From Penicillus capitatus (taxonomy: Eukaryota > Plantae > Chlorophyta), in assembly GCA_965649825.1 (NCBI GenBank), contig OZ287695.1:1973288-2037287 (forward strand): a stretch of 64,000 nucleotides of DNA, in the 5' to 3' direction. The notes below the pieces were generated by a model, which saw only the letters and a program-made list of their open reading frames with translations, did not search any database and was not told where the DNA came from. Below are positions 42,190 through 57,158 of this stretch, piece by piece; positions within the stretch are counted from its first letter, which is position 1; each line of letters starts with the position of its first letter. Both the position numbers and the translations under genes were made by a program.

Positions 42190-44877
42190 TCATTTTCTAT
42201 CTCTAAACAATGCAAACCTGAGTCCAGCAAAGGTCAGTAAGTGCAAGACCAATAGGTAGCCGACCAAAATCATCAATGTCGCATGGAAAGGCCTATCAAT
42301 GCCAAAGAACTGCAGAATCTGATCCGTGCGAACCACGCAGTTTGGATCAGAATCAGCGACCATATCACTGAACAGCTCTGCTTGACGCGGATTGAGATTT
42401 GGCAGTCCAGCGCGAATGGCACCTTCCACGTATGGTGAGATCGCTTGAGTACCTGTCCATCGACTTCTATGCCAGGGAAGACGCAATGCTTGAAGACATA
42501 CCGTCAGTGCAGGCGAAATCCCTGTCTTGGAATTCGATTTTGGTAATGGCATTCCAAGTGTATCCCATGACCGACAGCCACTTCAACCAAGAGACCCAGC
42601 CGAACGTGATCTGTTCAAAAGGAATGAGAAAATTCGACAGCAGCAGATTCAGAGCCGTAAAGGCGCTGGCCACCATGAATGCCATATCCCGATTCGGCGT
42701 CACCGTGGCAGCAAAGTACAGAACCTGCAACCACGCATCAAGTCAGAACTGCAAACGGTTTCTCTCCGAGGCACCTGTGTGGCAATTAGAGATTCCATAA
42801 CCAGAATAACCAGATTCTGCCAGAGGGCATCCGGGTCGTTGCGAAGCCCTGTCAGGCCATAGACAACCAGAGCAAACACCGTTGCATTGGCAACACCGAA
42901 CGGCAATGTCGCCAGAGCATTCGAGCAGTAATAGGCACTAGGACGGCAGAGCTTTGCTTGGATATCGACCGAGTAGAACTGCCGATCAGATGTGAAGAGA
43001 GAGAAAGAGATGTAAGGGATGAACATATAAAACGCCGAACTGCTGAAGAGAACATTCAGTCGAGTGAAAATCGACGCCGCTCCATCAGCCAGCGCATAAA
43101 AGATGATACCAATGAACAAACCGACATAGGTAAACGTTAGCATGCGCCCGGCAACATCCACTGTACAGACGACATTGCTCGAGATCGGTCATCGAATGGC
43201 TTACCCGGATTCCGAGTGATGTTCAGGAGGCATCGCCAGTAGAGAGTGACGAACTGTGATGGCCAGCTCGTTTGGTAATGCCCTCGGGAGAAGTAGAAGA
43301 TGGAGGATTGCCGTGAGGGTGCGTTTTTCGCCAGCTGGATGACGCAGTCGGCTTTGTTGTCTTGCCCAGCTGTGAGGGTATCGTCCTCGACGTTCTCCAG
43401 TTGTATGGTCTTCCAGCCATCGTCGCCGTCGACGTCTTTTTCGTATTCTTGGCGAAATTTCTCGGCGGCGGCGTCTACGTCGGCAATACTGTTCAGACTC
43501 TGTCCATAAAACTCTTTCGGTTTGTTGAAACCGACGGAGACGAGATCCATCAACCAGTCCGAGGCGATGCCGCTAACTGCGGGATCAAAATCGTAACCCA
43601 GTTTCTGTGTGAACCAAGGGACAGCATCTCTGACGGTGCCACTGAACATCATTCTTCCATTCGAGAGAATCAATGCCTAAGACAAAGCCACAGCCGCTGA
43701 CATACGACAGAAATGGACGGCGGTGGCGGTCGCACCTGATCAAACATGTTCCAGATCCCGACACGAGGCTGATGGACAGAAGCAAGGATAGTGTATCCTT
43801 TGGTGTCTGCCAATGTCCGCATGCACTGTATGACGTTCAGGGCGTCGAAGCTATCGAGTCCAGACGTCGGCTCGTCGAGGAAAATGACGGACGGGGCTGA
43901 GACGACACCCGTGGCGATGCTCAGTCGCCGGCGCTCGCCGCCAGAGAGACCACGGAAATGAATGCCACCGTAAAGCCATCCGCCGACCGTTGTGTTATTC
44001 GCTTCGGCGAGGCCAACCATGTTCAGCACTTCCCACACGCGTTGGCGTTTCTCTTGGGTAGTGAGACGCTTTGCCGATACCAGACGGGAATAGAACGTTA
44101 AGGTCTCTAACACCGTCATCGTCGGGACAAAATTGTCTTCTTGAGGGACGTAGGAAGAACGGTGCACAAAATCATCTCGGCGAGGTTGGCCGTTCACTAA
44201 GATGCTGCCCTCCACCGTACCGACGTTCTTACGCATAGACAGAATATCCAGCAGCGTCGACTACAAGGCAAAAGATGGCCATCTGTGGCGCTCTACGGGT
44301 CAGTCTACCTTCCCTGCTCCAGATGGTCCCGTAAGAGCCATCATCTGCTGCGGCTTGGCCGTGCCGCAGACACCTATGCGTTGCTGGCTAGCAATGCCGT
44401 TGAGAGAATGGAGAAACCTTGTAGGACGACGTGCGTTTTGCCGGCACTCCGGTAAGAGCATCCAACATCGCGCCATTCTAGCTGAACGGGAGCGACCACA
44501 GTCGATAGCGAAAGCGACATGTGGCGTCGAACTGTGTCGAAACACGTTCCCTCGGCGACTGGAAGGCCGCGGGTCGCATCACCGGGACCATCTCGGGGGC
44601 ATTCCTCCCTAACGTATTGTGCGCTTCCTTGACCACACCCTCGTGCTCGCGCTGCAAAACAACCGTTGGGTCAAAAAAGAGCTGATACAGTCACTGTACT
44701 TGTGAGGCTGTCGCTGACGTGTTCTTTTCGTTTAGATGACATACGCGCAGCCACGAGTCTCGTCCAAGAGGCAGATAGAGAAGGACTCTTTGTTAGAAGC
44801 ATAACGAAAAGCCAAAAGAAAGCAAAGACATTTCCAAAGATAAAAGCAGGGATCCACGCCTCGGGAATCGTCGCCAT
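42190..44877 (-). CDS. ABCG (White-like) half transporter, multi-exon
   Basis: GPSGAGK, YVPQED, LSGGERRRLSI, FLDEPTSGLD, SVHQP, C-terminal TM domain; start tentative. Confidence 0.93.
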
Positions 44878-45362
44878 CTTTCAGACGGATTGCTTGTTTA
44901 TCAACAAAGAACTAGACGAAGCAACGAACAGACGTGAGGGATGCCGTCGACACATGACAGCGCGCTCTGTACTTTAGCAGCAGCAAAATCACGAGTGATC
45001 CTACGGGCACTTCTGACGTATACACAGGGTAGCTAAGAAGAAGCGACACTGAATACAAACACTGGCAGTGAACTATAAACACAAAAAAAGAAAGAAAAGG
45101 AGTAGACGGCGGGAAGAGTGTAGAGCCTCGTTTATAGTGGCGGCGCCGTCCAAGATCCGCCTGTCGCGTCACGTCGCGTCGATAAGGCACAGGCTGTGTC
45201 GAACACATACCAATTTAAAAGCATGAATCGACTCTTCTCTTCTTTCAATCAAAAACTGACGTCGCCTTCCGACAAAAAAGAATCACTGGCCGTTCTCCAA
45301 ATAAAGAATCTGCAGCCAAACAATTTGTCCGGTATTAAAACAATGTGTCCGCGTCGTTTTCT

Positions 45363-46758
<1,396 letters not shown>

Positions 46759-46865
46759 TGAGAGAGCACAGCGACACGAATGAACAGGATCCAAAGGCGA
46801 AGATGAAAGACCGAACGAACGTACACACGTGATGCGTGTGCGTACGAGGACGATCACAGATTTCG

Positions 46866-48210
46866 TTAGAGCGCATTAATGAGCTTGTCACATTTGAGGA
46901 TGAGAATATCGACGGCTTCGAGCAAGATCTCGTCGGGTCGATACTGCCCGACGGATTCGATGGTGAAGAGGAAATAGTCTTTCTGTTTGCGCAGCTGGAT
47001 CTTCTTCTCCCAGTCCTTCTCGCCAGACATTCTCCGAATCTGCAGAGAGTGGGTAGCCGTGGGTCAGATGATGTGACGTCTGTACTTGTTCGAGGTAGTG
47101 CTCGTGTCCACGTGTCTCTCGCACCCGTGCGACATCGATCTCCGTTCCTGGTTTCTTCTCTGTCACGAAAAGGCCTGCGAATTGCTCGGCCAGAAACTGC
47201 GCCTTCTGTCCTTGGACTTCCTGAAGTCCATACAGCATCGATCGTGCTTATGTAACGGCATTTTATGTCAGACCCTGAGGAGAACGACTTCGGGTCGCAA
47301 TCGATACCACGCTGTCGCTACCGGAGACCATTTTGCATGATCTTTACCGATGCCTTTAAAACAATGCGCCTCCAGTTGAACGACCTGCAAGCATGGTGGG
47401 TGGGCACATCGGATGCGGCCTCCGTGCGGACCTGTTGGGTACGGAGCTTGGTCAGTAGGATGTCATCGTGAACCGACTGAAATTTTGCAGGTCGGTTCTC
47501 TCGCATCAATGCCACGCTCTGGTTCGATGTAAAGCGGCAATTTGTCTCGTCTGGCATTTCGCTGCCACCAGGAAGCCACGTAAGGTCGCCCGACTTTACT
47601 GCACACCATTTATCATTGTCTTATTTCTGTCAGGAGTACCATTGGCATGCAGCAGCTGTCTTTTGTGTCTCTGGCACGTCACATCAAGCTTAAATACAAT
47701 GCAGTTGCGCTCGTTCGACGCTTCATCTTCGCGTCGCCATTCGAAGAAACGAGGATCCGCCTGAATCGGCACCAATCCCAACCGATGTGCCAGGACTTCA
47801 TCCTGCGCCATCTTCCTGTCACATGTGCCGCAAGAAGCGAACAGCACCTGTACGACACCAGTATTGTCGACAAAGTACACATGCTCGATCGCCATCGTCG
47901 GCACTTCTGAAAGCATAATGCGTCGCAGAGCGTTAGCAATGGAGGGATGCACGCCGACAAGATCAAATTCCATACGCTCGGCGTCCAGTGCCGTGATCCC
48001 AATCCGAAAAGACTCACAGAAACGCTCAAAGTCCCATGCGTGATCCAGATCCAATGCACTGAAGGAGTTGGCGGAGAATGAACTCGTAGTCTACGTCACA
48101 CCACATGACGAAAGCGCAAAAGGCGAGACGCGAACGTGAGTGTTCATTTCGGGGCCACAGATCACATACTCCATCGATTCTCGGATGCGTTGCGGCATAC
48201 GGTCGGCCAT
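46866..48210 (-). CDS. RPAC1: RNA polymerase I/III subunit AC40 (RPAC1), multi-exon
   Basis: [60 protein letters not shown]. Confidence 0.9.
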
Positions 48211-48309
48211 GACGGTCGTCGTTTTCGTTTTAAGGGCAACACATTGCGTGTCATTCAGGCCATTTCTCTGAAGGGACGTGCGAAGAGTGTAGTGTGTTCT
48301 TTGTTGTCA
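48211..48309. promoter_or_regulatory. Putative ~100-bp bidirectional promoter
   Basis: Head-to-head inferred start codons at 48210 (-) and 48310 (+). Confidence 0.5.
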
Positions 48310-50002
48310 ATGGAGCCGTCGAAGAAACGCACGGGTCAAAGCGAACTGCTTCATGAAGTGTTTCCTCCCGGGACGCGAAAGGTCGATGCCGTGTTTGAGA
48401 ACGACGCTGACGGTGGTGTGTACGCAGGTGTTTGTCATCGAAGCGCCTTCCGCGAGTCACAAGAAGACAACGCGCAAACGCTTCTTGGGACGATTTCCTC
48501 TCGTCCGTCACCTTCCCATCCGCTTCCCCTCACCGACGGCATCTGTGGATGGCAGGGTGTGCCGGACTTCACTGAAGAGACGCACGATAAGAACTGGAGA
48601 CTGAAAAACTACAAGCCCGATGGCGAAACGTCGTCCCTGGAGGAGGCATGAAGTTGTACTAACAGAGGTCTTTGCTTCAGGGGCGAACCGGGTGGATGGA
48701 TGTTGGAGGATCAACCAGAACACGCAACGCACAAAGGGACGCCCGCTTTGGCGGATGATATCCGGAACCTTGTCCTGCTGAAGATGACGGAGTACGGAAC
48801 GATGGAGGTGTATCCCATCGATGAGGCGTTTAACTTCCGCCCGACGATTCGTCACAAAGTCTATACATTGGAAGAAGCTGAAATGATGATGTCATCGAAG
48901 AGAAAGCCGAGACTCGCATCGACATTGAAAGTGCAGTTCGATGCCGCAGAGAAGGAACGTGCGAAGATGGATGTCGAAGAGTCCACTGCCAAAATGGCGG
49001 CATCGAACAAGTCGGTGTCTGAATCGGGGGAATCGGATGTGGAAATCGTGCGATCGAAGAAAGGGAGAAAGAAAACCAAAGCTGCTGTAAACAGATCGAT
49101 GCCGTCACACGATGCCATTCATGTTCTGATGGTATAGATGCCACAAGAGAGTGAGACTCGAGCAGCACGGGCCTTGCGGCCAGTTGAGGCAACAGATGCC
49201 CTTATCGAACAAATCAAACCACAAGACGTCGTGCATCAGATCTTGATGTAACAGCAACGGATGACGATTGTCTGTCTGCTCCAGGTTGAAGATTGGGAGT
49301 TCAGTGAAGACGCGCCAGATGATGATGTGCATATGGGAGAAGATTTTGAAGAGCAAGAGAAGGAACAGGTCGCGTTCTCTAGAGACATCGCTTCCCCTGT
49401 GGCTGAGTTGTTTTGGCAGATGGAGGCTGAGTATAAGAAGTACTTTGAGAGTGACTCTTCTGAAGACGAAGAGCAAGAAAAGCTCGACGAAAAGGGGAAG
49501 GAATTGAAGAAACTGATTAAGAAGGGGGCACCGGAGTACGTTCCCCCTCCGGCGAGTCCTGAAACGAAGAACAAGAGAAAGCCAGCAGAAGCAGCTCCAC
49601 AAGAAGACAAAAGCACTGTCCGTGTGAAGAAGCCCACAACGCATCCTCCTGAACCACAGAGGTCGAAAGCAGCACCTCCAGTAAGCACCATCGACAGGAT
49701 CACACGTGTGACCACCACCTTCTGTTTAGACAGTGGATGTGACGACAGGTGGTAAGGTTCCGTCGACTGCTGGTACAGGACGCTACATACCGACAGAGCT
49801 TTCGGCAGACGAAGTACGACGCGTTATGCAGACCTCTGGGAAACTGACACTCAAGACACTGATCGACCAGTTCAGGCCGTTTATGTCGACACCAGAAGAG
49901 CACAAACAGTTTTCGGGTATTGTTCGCAGCCTGGCACGATGGGAAGAGCATCAGGGCCACAAGATTCTGATGCTGCGTCCAGACCATCATCATGCGGCAT
50001 AG
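48310..50002 (+). CDS. Transcription factor IIF large subunit (RAP74/TFIIF-alpha), multi-exon
   Basis: WMLEDQ...FNFRP...YTLEEAEMMM, acidic/basic middle, C-terminal winged helix LSADEVRRVMQ...LTLKTLIDQF...ILMLR; start tentative. Confidence 0.8.
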
Positions 50003-50050
50003 AGCAATGGGTCACATCACAATGTTATGAGAGCCATTTTCTCTTTCTAG

Positions 50051-50329
50051 GCGATCGACGAGACGATGCGCGGTCCAGTTCAATCGGCTGCTGATGCCAC
50101 CAGCCAGTACATACCCACAGGACTTTCTCTGGATGAAGTGCGTCACGTTCTGCAAAGCTCTGGGAATTTGACTCTCAAGACATTGATTATGCATTTCAAG
50201 CCCTTTATATCGACACCAGAACAGCACCGACAGTTTGTAGACATTGTCCGATGCCTCACTCGGGTCAAAGAGCATCAAGGACACAAGATTCTGATGCTTC
50301 GTGCAGAGTATCGCTCGACATCATTCTAA
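50051..50329 (+). CDS. Duplicated TFIIF-alpha terminal exon (alternative last exon or relic)
   Basis: YIPTGLSLDEVRHVLQSSGNLTLKTLIMHFKPFISTPEQHRQF...HQGHKILMLR; own polypyrimidine-AG acceptor in phase 0. Confidence 0.75.
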   Translation, partial: AIDETMRGPVQSAADATSQYIPTGLSLDEVRHVLQSSGNLTLKTLIMHFKPFISTPEQHRQFVDIVRCLTRVKEHQGHKILMLRAEYRSTSF

Positions 50330-50650
50330 GACAAATCTACACGTCAGTCACATCAACCATTCTACTTGTTCCGCTTTCGTCGAGCTCATGACAAACGTCT
50401 CCTCCCGTTGCATTTTCTCAAAGTGGACTTCTTAATTAGTTCGAACTGGAAAAGAACTGACTTCTTTTCTTCAACCCCGGCTTTTCCTTTCTAATAAACC
50501 GTCTTCGCACGCGGCTCTATCTGCGTGTCTGTGATTCTACTTGTTGTTTGCGTGGATGGTCCATCCGTCCTTCAGTTCTGCACTCTGTAGACGGATTCAA
50601 TTGTAAGCGACGACGACGATAACGACGACGACGACGGCTAAGGCGCCAAC

Positions 50651-53315
50651 ATGAATATGCGTCTTCTCTATTTGCTCTGTTTCTTTGCCTGGCTCATTCT
50701 CCCTTATCAAGGTGTGCATCCATTTCTAAAGCTGTAAAACGACGTCTGTCTGTAGCACTGGGTACAACACAGCGACAAAGCTATGCACGGAAACTGCGTC
50801 AGCACACCTCTGGTTCAGTGACAGGCAGAATCGCACAAGTCTGGACAGGTCATTGCTTTTGGACGCCTCACAAGAGTGGTGATGTGACAGGCGCCTGCCA
50901 ACAATAAAAGCATCAACTATGCACAATTTGAGGTGCACTTGACAGAGCCGTCTCCATTGGACGAGGAACTGTCGTGTCAGTTGGATGCTGATGGACAGAC
51001 GTACAGACAGTGGACTCCCTGCATTTCACCAGTGAAAATCCAGCTTCTTAATGATGGGTGGTATTCCTTTCAAGTCATGGTAATCGCCCAACCCGTCAGC
51101 CAGAGCATACAAATGCGAAGATGGTGGATGTTGTGTCATGGCAGGCGGTTCAAAGCCAAGGAACAGACAATCCCGTTAATCGACGGAATTGGCTTCTGGA
51201 TCGGATGCCGCCGGACACCATAATACTGTCAGGACCAGACAATGATAAAGATGCTGCACCTCAGTTCGAATTCACTGCCCAAGATGCACGAAGTTCCATT
51301 AGCCACTACGAATGCAGATTAGATGACCATGACTGGATAAGATGCGAATCTCCTTACCTCCTTCAGGTAGAGGCAGGTCGCTGTCATGATAGGATGATGT
51401 GACAGGAGGCTGCTGTGTCAGGATTTAGACACTGGCTCGCATGTTTTCAGTGTCAAAGCGTTTGATGCAGCTGGGAATGTCGATGCCTATCCTGCGGCAT
51501 ATCGATGGACGGTTACCAGCCACTTTGCGCATGAAGGGACCAGTATGAAGTCATTGCATGAATTTGGAGGGGCTGGATCTTCTGCAGATCGACGGGATTC
51601 ATCTAACGGAGGAGTCAGTTCTCCTGCAGATACAAGCAATGGCGATGTTCTCAGTCAAACTAAGTCAAACTGGCTCATGAGTCTCTTAATTCTGATCTTC
51701 GCTTTAATTGGAATCTTTTTTCTTTCCTTTGGAATCTACAAAGTCTGTACGAACATCAAACAGAGAGCCGTGGATCAAGACGGTGATGGGGGTGGAAGTC
51801 AGTTGACGAGCTGCTTCGAATGCGAGATGATTCCCGGAATGATAGACATGAGTGGTTTCTCATCCATTATGGCTGCTTCATGGCCGGAGCATTTACGCAG
51901 ATTCAGGCACGGGATGCTATCCATCTATCCCTCCCATGTCCTGTTTTCATCGCTGGTACTGTTCTCTAGATACGAAGAGCTATGGGCTGCAACGGGAGGC
52001 TTTCCTGAAAAAGGGATCCTTGGCGAAGGCGGATTTGGAAAAGTCTATTCTGGAGTGTTAGAAGACGGCCAACCAGTCGCTGTCAAGAAACTTGAGCACA
52101 GGTAGGTGCCAACGCAGAAGTGCAATGCTGCTAGGTGCAAGTGTTTGGTGTGGGTGTGCAGTGGGCAACAGGGTGATCGTGAATTCTTTGTGGAAGTGGC
52201 AGCATTGTGTCGCGCACGACATTTCAATATCCTTCGACTGCTGGGTGTGTGCATTGAGAACAGCAATCGCGTTTGTGTATTTGAGCTTATGGACTGGGGC
52301 TCTGCACGTTCGTTGTTGGATAATGCCGATCCGAAGTTCACCTGGGAAGCTCGATTGAGAGTGGCCATCGGTGCTGCTCGTGGCCTCGCTTGTTTACACG
52401 AAAGCGTTGACCCGCCCATTGTACACAGAGACCTCAAATCGGAAAACATTCTCATGGATCAGAACGGCGAAGCACGGATATCAGATTTTGGCCTTTGTAC
52501 GCTATCCAACCATGAAGCCCGTCAGCGTCACCTCAGACACAATGTCACGATGACGGTCGGGACGATCTGTGGAACATTCGGCTACTTGGCGCCAGAGGTC
52601 ATTGGGTCAGGAAGGGTTTCGACGAAATCGGATGTCTATGCGTTTGGGGTGTTTCTGTTGGAACTCTTGACAAGACGGCGACCCATCGAAACGGCACGAG
52701 AGTCTCGAGAGCAGGATCTCGTCAAATGGACGCTGCGTCATATTGACAGAATGGACCGTATCAGAGAAGCTGTGGATCCACTTATTTCATGCGACGTACA
52801 TACATATCACACTTCTCACTCTTTTTGGCAACTGAGACGGTGTGTTCTGTGTTGCCTGCGTTTAGGTTTCTTTTGTTCAAATAACGGCCTTCGTTGAATT
52901 GGCTGCCTCGTGTTTACATTTCAGTCCTTCAAATAGACCGTCTGCTTCGGAGGCTGCTTGTCGCCTTGAGGAGCTCATGAGCTTTATAGAACAATCATGC
53001 CAGCACAAAAAAGAGAAGGAGAAAATGGATGAGCTGTGTATTGCTCCGAGGCTGTCCGCAACATCAGGGACGATTCCGACGGAGTTCCGGATTTCATGTC
53101 CGAGTGAAGGGGAGCTGACGCCTCATGCTGTGAACACCCCAATTGCAAGCACGTCTTCGGGACGCATGACTGAAATTGAACTGCTGCAGAGGCGATATCA
53201 AGACTCATCATTGGAGCTGCCATCTCCGCAGGAGCCTCAAGAAATATTCTCGCCCACGCACAGAGATCACGGCAATGCTCCTGGACCATCTTCAAATCCA
53301 GATGTCTCTTCATAA
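50651..53315 (+). CDS. Receptor-like kinase (RLK/Pelle-type): signal peptide, Ig-like ectodomain repeats, TM, Ser/Thr kinase
   Basis: [18 protein letters not shown]; [21 protein letters not shown]; [52 protein letters not shown]. Confidence 0.9.
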
Positions 53316-53702
53316 TGCACATTCTTTGTTCTTGTTGCTCGGGCCTCTGAAATCCATGAGTTACGCCATTTATCGCGATTTTTGCAACTGTGTTCATCAA
53401 GTGGCTTTTCGGTCTTTTCCGTGTGTGTTTGTTCGTTCGTTCGTGTGTTTTACCCGCATGCCATTTCTGTACAGCAACCATGGATGGCTGATATGAAGAT
53501 GCGCCCTCTTAGAGAACAATGAAGAACAAGGAGATGCTGACCGATAAAGCTAGGATCTGAAGATGTCATCTGCTCACTTAAAATGCATTAACGTGATTCT
53601 CTTCTGATACACACATACGCAATGACGCCTCCTCTGTCGAGGCAGGCAGGCAGGCACATGAGATTCCCCTCAAAAACAAAAGGTACTTTGCACGCAGCCT
53701 CT

Positions 53703-54669
53703 CTAGGCCGCATCTTCATAAGGCAAGCACATGTTGTGCTCGACATCAAGGCCGGCGCCATTCACTCCTCGCACGTTCTGGCAAATGGGAGGCCTGTTCG
53801 CAGTGGATGTGAGATTAACAGGGGTGACGCGATGCACATCACCTGCTGTATGCATCGAAGTCTTCGCACAGGTAGTACGTCAACGAGTAGGGAAGGTGCT
53901 CTTTTGGCTTGCCATTGACAATGATCCACGGCACTCCACGCGCATGCACTTCCAGATGAGCGAAAGCAGAGTACGCCGCCAGTTGAATCTCTTCGCCCTC
54001 TCTGCCCTTGGCACAGGCCATGATATCCGCCTTTTTCAAACCCACCTGAAATGCAGGGCTCATCCAGACGCCTGCAGCTGTCCGTATGCGCGATCGAACC
54101 TTTGCGCAGCAGGATTTGATGCGATAACAATAGCCGAATGACCAGTTGGAATCGCAGCTGGCATCGTAGAGAGCATCGAACCAGCGGAGCGATCGTTTTG
54201 TCGTCAGGGTTCCATCATGAGCATTTCTCACACCCTTTTCCATGCAGTAGACAAAAGGAAACCAGTCTTCGGACTTGGCGAATCTGGAGATGCCGCAGCC
54301 AATGACTTTGTTGAGGAAGCACTCGCGATCGCCATGTTGACATGTGAGAGTGAAATCTTTGTCCTCTGCCGTTCCCTCCAACTCCGCATTCCCTGTGCCA
54401 GACACTTACGCCATCCGATGTGCGGCACGCACCTGCGTAGTACATATGAATGTCCATTGCCTGCCATAGCCCCGTATCATAGTACGTCTTTAGATTTTCG
54501 ACGACGAAATCTCGGCAGTAGGGACACAGCGCCTCAACGTACACATCCACCTGTGCATCGCAGGCAGTGATGCCTGGCAAAAGAGTGTGCGACGTGCTTT
54601 GACGGTGGCAGATGTGACGTCGAGGCGGACGCCCAGGAGTGCGACGAAAAGGAGGAGAGAACGAAACAT
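53703..54669 (-). CDS. GILT-like thiol reductase, paralog 2
   Basis: Signal peptide; VDVYVEALCPYC; CQHGDRECFLN; VPWIIVNG. Confidence 0.88.
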
Positions 54670-55287
54670 AAGGCGGCAAGGCGGTCTGGAAACGACGGGT
54701 GTTGCGGGGGACCGTGCGTGTCAAATGACGGCAACATGGCGCAAATGACCCTTTTCTTACAAACCCGCGGCAATGCTCTGTAACCGATAGGCAAACAGCT
54801 ATCCATGCCGCTGGCGATTCGGCGTCCGTTGACGTGAATAAGATACAGAAGAACAGAAAGCAGACGTCTTGTTTTGCAGGCAACACATATGAGCAGATCA
54901 TCTAGCGACGCCAAAGCGCATCATACATGCAAGTCATGTGGCGGCGTGAAGATGCATTGGGCTGTGCAGCTCGTTTGTCCGATGGACAATGCAGCAGCGG
55001 TTTAGAGAGGCCGAAGCTATGAACCGTCTCGTTATCACCACGCTGGGAACGATAGAAGGTTTGGTTTTGAATGATCTTGTACCCAAGGGCTATTCGATCC
55101 GCATAGCTCCTGTTGCTAAGTTGTGCCTCCTGGAGGTGCGCGCACACCACCCGGCCAGACATCCAGAATGAATGAATGTCAACGTGTTCTACATGATAAG
55201 ATCCAGTTTTGCACATGGCTCTCAAAGCAATAAATTCGTGACAGGACATAACGGCCATTGGCCATGAAGTCAATCACATCACTAAGC

Positions 55288-56264
55288 TCACACAACGATC
55301 AGCTTTTGTTCTTCCGCATCCCGATACGTAATCGGGGTCGTCTGCGCGTAAGCATTTCCAGCTACGTGATCGGGCTCTTTGTAGCACGTTTCAGGTCTAC
55401 ATTATGTCACACGTCAAAAGAGTGAGAATGCTTGGTGGTCGAACCTGTCTTTGGGTGCTAGCTGTATGCATAGCAGTTTGTCTAACGAAGTCATCAAATC
55501 ATACATCGGCAAGCCATTGACGACCATCCACGGCACCCAACGATGTGGAGGCTTTAATGCTTGCACGGCTTTGTAGGCTGCCATTTGAATCTCTTCACCC
55601 TCTGGTCCGTCGGCGCACGCCAGCACATCCTTTGCATTCAAGCCAGTCTACACCAACAGAGTGAGCTGTCACATCATATCGTACAGAGGGACACACGTGG
55701 GCAGCGCATTCCGCTGTGAGCGCCGAGTAATCCGGCTTCTTTCGAGCGCACTGGACGGCCGCGCCTTTGCTTTCGCGATAGAGCGCAAAGCACTCTTCCG
55801 TCTCGAATGCTTTTTTCACTGCCTTCTCCGCGTTGAGTTCAATGCAATAGACAAAAGGGAACCAGTCTGCCGCTTTCTCTTTACGAGCCATTCCGCAGCC
55901 GAGAACTTTGTTCAGGTAACATTCGGGAGACCCGTGTTGGCATTTGAGTGTACCGCCCTCGAGTTTTGCGTTTCCTGTAAGGCGTTGTGATGAGCGTATA
56001 GATGGAGAGTGTCGCGTTCGAACGCGCCTGCATAGTAAATGTGAAGATTCATGGCGTCGGCGAGACCGTTTTCGAACATAGGCTTCATGCCTATCACCAA
56101 ACGTCCGCAGAAAGGGCAGAGTGCTTCCGCATAGATGTCGACCTAGAGCATGTATTCTCTCTGGATGAGGCGTTAAGAATCGTATGCTGTACGGAAAGCT
56201 TCTTCGCAGAGACAGTGACGCTGATAAGCGCCAAAACGACGAGGGATAGACGTGAACGATGCAT
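55288..56264 (-). CDS. GILT-like thiol reductase, paralog 1
   Basis: Signal peptide; VDIYAEALCPFC; CQHGSPECYLN; VPWMVVNG. Confidence 0.88.
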
Positions 56265-57158
56265 TTGGTGGAAACAGACTCCAGAGCGAACTGCCAAACG
56301 ACGATGAGCCATTTGTCGAGAACCTTTTCGCGCAGATGGGACGTGATGGGGATCGGGAGGCATACCAGTGCCGTCCTCGACCAACACGATATCGATGCCT
56401 AACATGTCAATACTGCTGGTCCCGTCACGTAGATGTGCTTTGCCTACGGGAATATCGTCCTCGTCGGGCTGAACGCTTGAAATGGCCGGCGTTCTGGAAC
56501 AGTGGCCGTGTCTAATAACATTCCAATGCTGAAGATTGAAGGATCTGAGCAACTTGCGGTTATGGCAGTTCAGTTGATAATAAGGCAGTTACTTCAGTGA
56601 GTGTCTAGTCTGGGATTTGCACTTTTGCCAGCACTTTGACGTCGCCCAGTGCATTGACTGTATTTGTGGCCATTGATCGGGATTGCGCTCAGCGTGGAGG
56701 TGAACGGCTTAAGGATGCCAGTAACTCGCTGGACGCTAGGAAAAATGCGATCTCTCCCAGATGACATCGCCATTCTTTCCCTGTGTGGAAATGCCAATCT
56801 GCCATTGCTCTTCTTCCCCTACCGTCGCTTTATGAGTGTACCGTGCACCTCAAGCAATCGCTTCTTAGCGAATAGTCTTCGTGATGGGATATCAAATCGT
56901 TGGACGGATCCGCGATACATGAAGCATGAGAGAGTGCGTCAGTGGGCGGCGTTGTCTTCTGCAATAACTTTCGATCGACTTCATCATCCTTGCAGTCGAT
57001 CAATGCACCGAATCGATCTCCCGTGCCGCGATTTGAACAACGTATCCATACCGAAGAGCGGAGTCAAGTTTAAAAGGCTTCTATTTGTCATGTTTCGATT
57101 CATTGTTTGGAAGGCGTGATTACGTGTGACTAAAAGAGAGAGAGATTGGAGACAGAAT

